64,000 nucleotides of DNA, from assembly GCF_964204645.1 (NCBI RefSeq), contig NW_027437430.1:180001-244000 (forward strand). The letters run 5' to 3'. Positions 27,001-38,589 of this stretch are shown one piece after another (position 1 is the first letter of the stretch; each line of letters opens with the position of its first letter). The notes beneath the pieces are model-generated. The model searched no databases, was not told the DNA's origin, and saw only the letters and a list, made by a program, of their open reading frames with translations. The translations under genes and the position numbers were made by a program. The stretch comes from Tubulanus polymorphus. Taxonomy: Eukaryota; Animalia; Nemertea.

Positions 27001-27140
27001 TAAACAATCTCTTGAATAACGCGCCTGCTTCGTTCGAAGGAGCCATTCTCAAGTTTAAGAAAGGAAAATATCACTTCATGTGCTCGAGAAATAATAACTT
27101 CACCAATAGAAGCCAAAAAGGAACGATTATTGTTTTATAA
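24087..27140 (+). CDS. DD3-3: DD3-3-like protein B, secreted form, ~652 aa, 12 exons (24087-24230, 24327-24404, 24496-24640, 24724-24903, 24987-25173, 25321-25487, 25571-25718, 25802-25906, 26003-26065, 26147-26448, 26615-26686, 26773-27140)
   Basis: Signal peptide [17 protein letters not shown] then [14 protein letters not shown]; same conserved blocks as paralog A; ends at [19 protein letters not shown] without a TM segment; intron 6 needs a GC donor to keep frame. Confidence 0.9.
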
Positions 27141-28231
27141 TAGTTAATGCCGTGTTATGTATCCCATCCCAATGGTGTCTAATACTGTATGCTGAAATAC
27201 TTCACTAGTCCCTATAATCATTTCGAGGTAATAGGCGTATCGTATGTTTTCAAATGTAATTAGAAGCAGATTTTTTATTTTAGATAACACATACTATGAA
27301 TTTACTTAGCATAATCGAAACAAGAAACAAAGATACAACGATACGGATTCATCGATCCTCTAAACATACATCTTACTGGTGATGCAGTTAGTAAAACTGT
27401 AGGCCTACTTGCTACAAGATATTGGATTATTCTGTATAGGGATAACTCGAAATACATTGGTATTGCGATCATGTTCTGTTCATAAACGCATTATTAATGG
27501 GCGCACCTGTTTGTGAATAACCTAACCATATCTTGTTCATAGTTCGTACATACGATAATTCTTATCTGTGATATATACGTATTCTCGCATATACTCATAT
27601 TTTCATAGTTTGTAAATATATTTGCCGATTGTAAATAATGGATCAATACAAATTGTATTCCTCTGGAAGTGACGTAAGTGACTTGGATGCCAGTTGTCCT
27701 TTGTCCTAAGAAGAAAGCTGTTCGTTTAAGAAGTCACGTTGAAGATATTTCGAATGGGTTCAGATCTGACAAAGTGAAATCCACGTTTTCGTAATCTACT
27801 CGACCGGTCCTCCCATGGGAGGCAAAAATCATAGTCTGACATATGGAAATCATTCGTGTTTTAATAAAGACTATCAGTAGACCACCCGCATTGATTAAAC
27901 GTAGAAAATCCTACAATAAGTCCAGAAAAAAGACGGACTATTCTGTAGTATATAAGTGAATATATTATTGAGCGAGGTTTTAGTAATATTCTAATAATAA
28001 TCGTCAGGCATTAATTGGTACAATCTTTTCAGTATCTCTACTAAGTCTGCGTCGACATGATTAAATGTAAATTGTATAATCTTTGAAAGACTGATTTATC
28101 AAGCATTGACTATATTTTCATAACGATATAATACAATCGTTTTCTATAATATCAATTGAATAAAGATTTGTTATATTATCAACTAGTCGTGTTGTATCTA
28201 TCGTGTTTATCGATTCTGGCGTTGCTGTGAT

Positions 28232-29812
28232 TTACTTTTTCCAGACGACATACGAGTAATCATCAGCGCAGTGTTCAGCGCCACCATGCGAGTAATAGGC
28301 ACACGTGCTCGCTGCGTTCGTCTTTCCAGGGATCGTACCGTGAGGCGTGTTAGCAATCACGTGGTAACATACCCCTCCGCCCTGAGTTTGGAAACCTGTT
28401 GCCAAGGCTCGCTTTGGTGCACTTCCTGCCGGCTGGAAAATACAACAGTACTTGTAGTACCACACAAAAAGATCCATTGGCGCGAATTATTATGGAGGGG
28501 GTTCTGTAGCCTTTCCCCGAGAACATTTTTAAATTCAAATTCTGGAGGTTATAAGAGCTCATATTTGAGTAATTTTTTAGTAGATATATGGCCCAAAGTT
28601 TTGGGCTATGGACAATTCCAGAAGTGTTGACACCACTTCTTAATAAAACAGAGCCGACTTAATGAGCACAATAATTATAAGATTATTGAATAATCTTATA
28701 GCTAATTTAGCTCATTGTTTTTCATTCAGAGGAATTTCTCTTGATCGAAAAAATGCAGCATGAACTTGTGATGGAATAAAACCGTCCACAGAGTTAAAGG
28801 CCCACTTGTAGTATAAAATGGTTGAATGTGGCACTAAACCAAAGTGCTTTATACAACCGCATTTGTGCCTGTGAATAAGATACTGCCTGATGCACCACTG
28901 TCATTGCTTCCCCTTCATACACAGAATAACGTTTATTATGAGGTTTCAACATGATGTATTTTCAATTATTGGTGCGACATATGTCGCAGTTGTCTAACCA
29001 GTGGCTGCGCCCCTGGTATATATTGAGCAGTATACAAATTCCATTTTAATGGGCAATTATTTTATCTCCAGAATTAGCTGATGAGTGGCTCTTTACGTAT
29101 TAACATTAGTCATGTGGGGCTCGGTGTTATCTGAGTAAACTGGATTATATTTATTTTAACCACTAAAAATCAAACATTTGCAGTATTCTTGTTCAATCAT
29201 ACTGCACTTGACATTTGGGATATATCAACGAAGACAGTCTAAATACCAATGTGAATCAATACATCTTATCATGTCGGAATTTGAACTTCGAGTACAGGCC
29301 GGGAAGTTGAGATAGACATTTAATTCAATTATTTCTCTGTCATAACATGCATACATAGGTCTATACGCTGAAAGTTTAGTAATTCATTAATAAAATCATG
29401 CAATTACAAATAATAAGAATATTTTTTCCTAGTGGTCCAAATGATCCTTGAATAATCTTGATGATTAACCCCCGCAGGATATGATATCAGTTTTTATGAT
29501 TACGTCGCATCAGAATAAGTTAAAAGACATAATTTTGGTGTATCTACTACTTACATGAAGTCCAACCTCCGAACTTGCACAAACCCAGTAGAAATCAGAT
29601 GTCGATTGTTCCTCGCCGCCATACGGGTAGTAGCATACTCCTTCGAAAACCTTACCCGGAATTCGTCCTAATTCGGGGCTATCAGCTACGCCGAGGTACA
29701 GCGGACCAGCATCATTCTGATGAGCCAAACAAACCGCATTATCTGGCATACTACCCTCGTTCTTTTCCAGATAGACAGATGGGACACCTGGAACCAAACT
29801 CTCAGTCGTCAT
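28232..29812 (-). CDS. DM9-repeat (DUF3421-like) lectin-like protein, paralog 2, 152 aa, 2 exons (29812-29555, 28432-28232)
   Basis: MPDNAVCLA..DAGPLYLGVA...GRIPGKV..VCYYPYGGEE and TIPGK...AYYSHGGAE repeats; phase-0 GT-AG intron at the same position as paralog 1 (1122 vs 93 nt). Confidence 0.8.
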
Positions 29813-29874
29813 CTTTCAACCTTGGCAGTCGTTACTCGGAAGGCACAGTGGACTTTATCGTTGTGACTCGTGTG

Positions 29875-29882
29875 TTTATATA
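29875..29882 (-). promoter_or_regulatory. TATA box of DM9 paralog 2
   Basis: TATATAAA on the minus strand ~63 nt upstream of ATG 29812. Confidence 0.5.
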
Positions 29883-31746
29883 GGATCTCTAATAGCGCGA
29901 TCTGTTGGAAATATCTATAACTATGCATGTGCTACAGTTCTGTACTGTTCTGTTCTCTTCTATTGCTGCAAGCGTATAAGCTTTGCCCTGGTTATGTAAA
30001 AACACGTTAACGGATACGTCTAGACGCTGGTTGCCTTAATATCGATATTTTTATTGTCTGAGAAGACAGATTCTCCGGTTTTTGGCCAGACGTGTTTCAT
30101 GTAACCGGTTACCGACATTAATTTATACCGGGTATAAAATCTGTATTTGCTCGGAATGTGAAGAGAAATTGACTGATAAGATAAATATGTACAATAGGTA
30201 GAGAACTTGATCAGTCTGGCTGGTGAGTGACTTGCTGTCTTGCGGGAGATTTGAATACACGGTTTTGCAGCTTTTCTCGTCGAGATGGCGGGTGAGGTCT
30301 TTTTGCAACGAACTCGCGGATTGTTGGTCGTTTCGTGTCTTACCTAATGAAATCTCATTAACGTCACAGAGGTTGATGCTCCGGGGATGAGCAAACAATT
30401 TATCAAAACTACTTTCAGATTAAAGAAGAAAACTGTGTATCTTGAAAGTTAATTGACACTTGCACTTAACCGCGCTCTATATATATAATACGAATCATTT
30501 TGAAACACCAATATTGATGACGTAGTGCACTATTGTAACGATTTCTACGGCGTCAAAATCCATGTTTTTGTACTAAAATAACGGCGAAAAAAAATAAACA
30601 GCGTTCTTTTATGATCATGACGCAAAGATACGTCGAAGATTTTTGTTCGATGAATAAGTCAGATGAATAAGTTTGATGAATAACCAACCTTGTCCTCGAA
30701 TACAAATAGATATTGACGCTTGGAATTGTATCAGTAATTATATAGCAAAAGTCGGTTGTCTTTTTATGATATTAGAAAATCACTGTCACCGCAACATTTA
30801 CTCTAACTCCACCCGAGTTTGCAAAAGTGGTTTAGGTAATGGTTCAATATCAGTAATAACACACGTTGAAAAAGTGATTCATTTTAGTTAAATGTACGGA
30901 CGACGATGAAGTGATTTACGTTTGAAAATAGATTGCAGAGACTTTTCCATGAATCGAAGTTCATCAAATATAACGAAGGAGTGGCCCATCAACCCACGCA
31001 GAATCATTAGGAAATCCTATTCACAATATCAGGCTTCAACGCGTGAACTGTTTTAGTTAATGTCAATGATAGATAGTACGTGGAGTCTAGTCGAAACAAA
31101 CTCCGGGTTTCGTGTCTAGAAGTCGAATTAGATACAGACACAGCGCTTTTTTTAAGAAATATGATATCAATGATTTAAACATGTGAAGTTTAGATAAAAT
31201 AATTTTATTTCCAGAAAATAAGTACATATCTTCTGCATGAATACTTTACAATTCATTCGTTTGACTATTCCGATTAAGAAAGTGTTGTTTATCTAGTGAC
31301 AGTTCGTATAGGATGGTATAAATGATAATTTAAAACAATGAAAGGTATATGCAAGACCGGAAAGCATAAACAAATTTTTCACAAGTGTCAGGGTGGATAA
31401 AACACAAAATAACGCACATAAGAAGTAAATAAATGTCCAATGAAATCCTGTCAGGATTTTACAGCGCAACTCATATTTTCCGATTCACATTCTGTGACCA
31501 GATCTAGTATAAACTCGCATTCTAATTAACAAGAAGGTCGAAGCAAAAGTTTAACATTGATCTAATAGATTACTGCGTAAAGGCTCATTAGCCCCCGCTC
31601 GTAATACAGAAACAACATCGCGTCGAGTGGATTCTATTCGAAAAACACGTCTGTAGAAGCGACACGGCAATGAGAGTATCGAGTATCCATTTTAGCTTCC
31701 TTTAAGCTCCAAAATACACTCCATATTTAGAAAAATATAGACTAGA

Positions 31747-34044
31747 TCATTCATCACTGATCTGAGTCTGGGTAGAGTTTTTCGGTGAATAAATCTTGTA
31801 TCCTTTGTATTTGAGATCATTTATTAATCCATAAAGTTCAACCAGGAACTGCGATCTAATCGATTCATCTGAAATGAAAAAAAGGCAATTTTCATAAACA
31901 TAAAAAAACAAGTTTCAAATCAATCTATGTGGATAATCACTATAATGTACGTACCGACGTATTTCGTTATGAGCGGCCGAATACTTTCAACAATAAAAGC
32001 ATCAACATATTCTTCTCCACGCGCTACTTGTATTTTCCCTTCTTTCTTTAAGGATAACAGCAGAACCTTTTCAGTTTCATTCATGGGCTGAAAATATACG
32101 TGTAATCATAATGATAATAGTCAACATATTCAATCGGGTCGTTTTTCGATTCATTTCGTTTATATCTTACCGTTCGTACGATGTGTCTAGGAGTGTTCCA
32201 TGAACTGTGTATATCTAAAAAACGAAACGCTTACATTCAGTATTGAATCGTACAATGAAACGATAATGAGAATATTGGCACTCAATATTCGATCGACTAA
32301 AAGTGACCTTTTTGTTTCAATGAATTCCGAAGTTTCTCTATTAATGAAGGGGCAGTAGTTGTGGCTTGCTTTCTGGTCGAGACAGTTCTCAACAAAAATG
32401 AAACGCTATTCGGCTGTTTCTTGATAGATGGACTTGACACGAGGTAGTTAGCAATACCATTTTCGAGATCGGCACTCCCAAGATGATGAACATTATGTCT
32501 CTGAAATAGTGAATAAGACCGTGTAATGATGATATTTATGGATTAAAAGTGTAAAGGAGCATTTATCAATGAATCAAGCAATGATTTCTATCAGGTCACG
32601 ATCAAATCTTATCATTCGAGAAATCTCCTTGAATATTTTCAACACTTTTTGAATTCTTTTCTTTATAACCCACTCCTAGGATAGCTTAAGAATAATCTTA
32701 AAATCTTCGAAAGTCCAAAAGCAGTTTTCTAGAACAGCGGTGCGTTAACAGCTTCGAAATGTGCCTTTGATGAGGATTGCAGAAGGCTTCTGTAGACTAT
32801 CATTATCAAATTCCACAAACATTTGAAATAATTTCAAGTGCAGTAATTTCAGATGATTGAGCCAAATTTAGAAATATTCATATTCATATCTATGACGATT
32901 AATTTCATTTGTAATCTGAAGTACATAACACTTGCCGATAAAGCCTGGACAATTAACGTTGTCCTGAACTTTAACACCGCACAAAGGAGCAATTCAATGG
33001 AAGATTCTAACACTGTAGCCTGATTTTTGGGCGCACTTTTATCTTTATTTTTGTAGACATTCATTTCTCGCAAAAAGTGCTTATCACGCATTCACACGAG
33101 TTGTAGAGGCATTTTGAGAAACGCTTTTTTAATAAACACTGCTCTTTGATCGCTTTTATTATCCACACGTACCGATTGAGAAATGAGTTCATTCGGCAAT
33201 CTTGCAGGAATACGATCTGTAAATTAAAGAAGACGCCGACAAATATAGAATTATGAAATCATTTCATGGGTTTCGAAGTTGCTTAGAACATCTTAGAATG
33301 TCATTCGTCGTGACAGCACAATACTTATGGATGTTTAAAACCCTTTCAGTGCTGACTAATTAATACCCTATAGTGCTGGAGAAAATTTGAAAATTCTAAA
33401 AAATTCCACCCTAGTGTGTTGAACAATGGGAATACCACTATAGTGCGTCTACACCGCAGTGCGGTGTATCGTTAGTTACTAGTATTTCACTATGTTTGAC
33501 ACTTGCTGCCATTTTTCAATAGAGATAATTACAAATTACTAATTACATCAATACACCGCAGTGCGGTGTACTAGCAAAATCCATCACTGATTTATACACC
33601 GCACTGCGGTGTAGACGCACTGAAAGGGTAAATGCAAATCTTTTTGTGGGCAATGAAATATTTATCTAAACCTTCCTTAACAAACAATTCGCATTAGTAA
33701 ATGTACGATACCGATGTACAGTTAATAAATGTTGCGAAGTAACGATTTAACGGAGATTTAACAGCATGTAAAATTACAAATTGCTGGTTTTTAGCCAGCT
33801 ATGGGTGGTTCATATTCAGGTATGTATAGGCTATTTCCTGATGTTCATTTATCAAACATACCCGACATCGTATTTGGATATCCGTCGTGAATTCTATTAG
33901 AAACTGCCCAATCATCCAACATATTATTTAGTATGTTATGGTGTCTTCCCTCACGTACACGTATTCTGTGGTGTTGACGATGATGCCGGCGGTGACGATG
34001 GAAATGGCGACTGCAATTATATCACAAAGATAAACTTTTACCAT
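31747..34044 (-). CDS. Uncharacterised, probably secreted protein, ~217 aa, 7 exons (34044-33959, 33893-33862, 33216-33173, 32500-32308, 32214-32171, 32087-31955, 31868-31747)
   Basis: Six GT-AG introns join into one stop-free frame: MVKVYLCDIIAVAISIVTAGIIVNTTEYVIHDGYPNTMSDRIPARLPNELISQSRHNVHHLGSADLENG...YKIYSPKNSTQTQISDE*; hydrophobic N-terminus; no recognisable domain. Exons 1-2 are less certain than 3-7. Confidence 0.6.
33341..33628. mobile_element. MITE with piggyBac-like CCCTTT/AAAGGG ends, in intron 2 of the orphan gene
   Basis: Perfect 12-bp TIR CCCTTTCAGTGC / GCACTGAAAGGG; AT-only flanks (degenerate TTAA); three internal TACACCGCA(G/C)TGCGGTGTA palindromes. Confidence 0.7.
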
Positions 34045-36567
34045 AAATAGTTTCTTATACCTGAATAAATTAGTTGAATTGATGTCATTATTTGTGTGGT
34101 TGGAAAATGGAATTTTTTTTATTCTTTGAAATTGAAATTTAGTTCAAGACGTTTAGTCAACTTTTTGAAAAATGTCACCATTTTTTCATGTCGAATCGGG
34201 TATGCACAATTTGCTAATACCGCGAAAATACCGAGAGATTAAATTTGGCATTGTATTCAATAACCTTACGACTGGATTTAGAATTTATCACTATTACAGG
34301 TCAAATTCTATTGAGTTTTTCTTGGAAACACGGCCAAAATTGTCACAGTGGAGTCATTAAAACAGTGAAGAACTTCATTATCACTGTCCTTTATTATAGA
34401 AATATAAAGTTCGTTAAAATACAGTGGTAATTAGCAAGGAATTGATCAAAATCGACCAAAAAGGTATTACAGAAAACTGTCAACCATAAATACCAAAAGG
34501 AAAGCGGATAATAGAGCTCTGGGTGACGGATGTCCCTTATGTGGTATAGACGATGTAAGTTCACCAACAGGCTCCTCTCCCACTGACAAACCCATGAACA
34601 CGACCGCTGGGATTCGGATCGTCATCCACGAATGACTTCATCGAACTGACACGCCGGTCCCAAAGGGATTTATGTTGCCTCCGTAACCCGTTATGATATC
34701 ATTTTCGTAAAGGGATTGAAAATATTATGTTCACATCCGCATCAGTTTTCCAGTAAATGGTAATCTTCAAAAGGTTAAGTTCAACATGAAATGCGTGGGA
34801 GTATTTTCCAATCGAAGGCTAGCAAAATAACAACATATTCCGTGAAACAATAAAGAGACAGCACAAGCAAAGGTCTCAGGGAATCGACCTATAATACACC
34901 CGATTAACTGGATAACGAGCGTCCAATAAAGCTTCCTTACATGAAGATCGCCAAATCACGATAGAGAGATACATCGTGTAATATGAATATATCATCAAAA
35001 GATTCCCACGTTCTTATTTGAGTTCGTGGTATATAGTATAATAGTTTCGGGGGGAGGGGGGGGATTTTCTTTAAAGATACTTACATTTCATTAGGAATGA
35101 ACCAACAGCAGATCGGGTATACACATGTTAACATCACTATAAACAGGACTGCACGCATCTTCCTGTCGAAAAGAAATCAACGTAACAGGTTTGCATTATT
35201 TGTCGAAGAATCAGGAAACCCCGCGATAAGCGGGTGTAATTTTCCACACTACTGAAACCGGTAGTTCTCCACGGATGTACTTTTCAGATCAAAACGTTTG
35301 ATGAACTCCTACTTTTACATTTCATCCATTAGAATCTTTTTTTTGTTTAGTTATCTTCGGAAAAATGATTTTCTCGCGAAAGTGTTTATAATTTGTCCAA
35401 ACTTTAACGATACGCCGGTAACCGTCCTTTTTTCCGTATTAAGTCCATTACGTAATTATGTAGATACGAGAGACAGAAAGATCTTCGATGCAGTTTTTTA
35501 TGCAGATACTACGTACGTACGATACTAAAATAAACTCGGTCATTAACAAAACCAGAATGAACGATTCGAAGACCGCGAAAATGATAACCTTAACTGTTCT
35601 GTCTGCGCTCGGTACAATTACTATGATTATTATTATTGTTATTGTTATGGCTGTATACGTTTACCACGCGATGACCTGCTTATCAGTGACATATAAGTTG
35701 ACTTATCGTGGCACTTTTGACAATAGAAAACGATATAAGTTTGCGTAAAATGCCGAATTTATTCTACCGCCCGGAAGCCGACAATGGCGACCAATGTGGT
35801 CCAAATGTCCTCATAAAATAATCAATGGAATCTTCAATGAAAAAAGAAAAGTTTTATAGTTTCTTCATTATTTGGCTTAAACTTGAAACACCTTTTTACT
35901 TAAGTTTCCATTTTCCCTCGTATGTTTTTTCATTTCTTTTCATTGCATTTTAGGATTCAATTCTCAATGTTCTCATACATGTGTTACTACATTGTCGCAG
36001 AAAAATCCTCAGAAATCATAGACCACCGCGTTCTGTTTGATGAAGATATTATATGGGCATTACTGTTAGAAGGCAGTGTTTTGGCACTGTTCCAATGCCG
36101 CGGAGAGCGTGAAAAATAGTTCATCGACCGGTGCAAAACAAAGTATTACTACGCGTCATTTTTCTTTCAAAAGAATCTTTTTCATTTCCTTTTCTTTCCT
36201 TTTCTTTCCTTTTCAAAAGAATCTTTTTCCTCATTTACTACTGCTGATAATCCAACTGCAATATGCAACTATCGATACCTGTGATTAATTAAGAAAACGA
36301 CCATCGTTGCAAAATAATGATCTGATGCGATGGGAAAGGTAAGAATATTATTCGCAGCTATTGGATTGCCATTTATCCCTTAAGCTTTGTATGGAGGTCG
36401 CAAAGAGATGAAAATAGCAAAAACAATCAATGTCCACAGTCATTGCGATTAACATGAATGGAACTTTGGTCCAAATCCCGCCACAATTAGTTCATGTCCT
36501 ATTGACATTTCGAGAAAGTAAAGATGTCGGCCTTTTTTTACGTCGTAGGCCAATTTCTGTGTCTCTA

Positions 36568-36816
<249 letters not shown>

Positions 36817-37059
36817 TTATAAACGCCAACTTATCGGGACATGCGTGATTCTGAGACTCGGAGTATTGGGGCCTCTCTGTCGTATTGGGTCATTTTCTAT
36901 CTATTGGGACTAGGACCCAATAATTTTGGCCCCAATTATTTAGCTGATGTGGTTAGCACCCATACATTATTATATCGTATGTGGCAGAAACGCATATTGG
37001 GTCGTTGAGTAGCGACACAACACCCCTCTGGTGGTGAACTCCGGAAACGTTATGTATGA

Positions 37060-37215
37060 TTCGACCAATCAGATTTGATATATATCTATCGACCAATCAG
37101 ATTGATTCGTATGACTCGACCAATCAGATTCAAGGATCACATCAACGTGGCGGCCATTATCGTCGTTTCGATTCGGAATTATGTTTAGCGTTTATGCACG
37201 GCTTGTTGGGTAAGT
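37060..37215 (+). promoter_or_regulatory. Triple CCAAT-box promoter-like module followed by a splice donor
   Basis: tcgaCCAATcagatt x3 at ~28-29 bp spacing, then gcggccatt (YY1-like) and GG|GTAAGT near 37210. Confidence 0.4.
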
Positions 37216-38589
37216 ACTATTGATAAATGAAATCTTTTTGCTCGTATCAACTGAGTTAGTTACCTAATCGTCGGTGGTAAGCTTTTTATAATCGGATGGG
37301 CTTATATCAACGTGTGGTTTGTGAAAATATCCGATCGTGAAACTAAACCACTGACAGGTTAGGCTATCGTTAACTAGCCTAACGTTAACAATAGATTCAT
37401 TGAATGTTCTTTGAATAATTCAATTCAGTAGGCCAATTCTATGTCACTGAACAGTTGCCAAACAATACACCCATGGACCGTAGTAGGCCTAAACAAACCG
37501 GACATATTTGGGGCGACTTTTACTCTTGATTTCGTTCGTTTGGCATGATATTTTAATTCAGGCTTTTAGGCCTACCGCAGGTGTAATCAGGTCGGCACCG
37601 GTAGTCCAACACAGTCACAGCCAATTTATCTTGGGGGTGTGATTGTGAAGAGATAGGCCTAGGTCTATGGTGGAACTTTTAGGCTTATATTGGATGGCAT
37701 AACTAAGGATTCACATCGGAGTGCTCCGTAGTTAGGAGTGCTCCCTAAGCCGGCTTTTGGCAGTAGTTAGCACAACTGTGGAGTCGGAGAAACCAATATG
37801 GCATCTCATTCAAAGAGCGGCTGTAATTCAAGCCCAAACTATTGACATTTTGACCAAAAGAAAGTAAGATTTTTGGCTAAAAGTTACTGATTTTTGTTTC
37901 CCAAAAAATTTTTTTTCCATTAGGCCTATTTTCCAACTTTTTCAGTATGGGCCGTTTTCATCCCTGATCATGTATATATTTTAGCTACTACTCAATTGCT
38001 TTAGGCCTATAAAGTAATTCGATAAGCCTACAAGTCGTGTGGAAGATTCCAATCAATCCGCAGTTGAACCACATGGAGAGTCTTATGACAGATAGGCCTA
38101 TGAGTCAGCTTGCCGCAACCGATGGTAAATCAGTTTAGTTATTCCATATCTTTTTAGCCCACTTGGAACTGGTCTAGTACCTAGTCGTTGGTTGTAGGGA
38201 ACCGGTATTCGGTAACAACGACTGGTATTCAGACTAACTTGGAACTTAAGACCTTAAGTTGATTTTATTGGGAAATATAAGACCAAGATCTAGTAACGTG
38301 TCGTATACGGCTGAGTGTTTATGTGGTAGGTAGTTTAACTTGTACAGTCGGGTATTGGATGGTGCTGCCATCTTGGGTCCGGATGGTAGTCCGCAGGCAG
38401 AGGGGAGTCGTCTTCCAGAGTTGTTTAGCCAGTCGAAAACTGGTTGTTCGGGGAGACAGTCGTAATAAAACTACTGGCATATTCTATCAGTCTATGCTTT
38501 TTATTTTAATCTCTAGTTCTCAGGAGCAGGAGTTGGAGTCTTCCAAGGCGGAGTGTGCTGGCGTGTCCACCGTACACGTCCGCTGAAAT

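Noticed and set aside
34434-34635. Plus-strand open frame containing CPLCG
   Set aside because: No start codon until late, no convincing acceptor or partner exons, no second Cys pair.
35488-35748. ORF with an apparent transmembrane segment
   Set aside because: Hydrophobicity comes largely from an (ATT/GTT)n microsatellite; no supporting exons.
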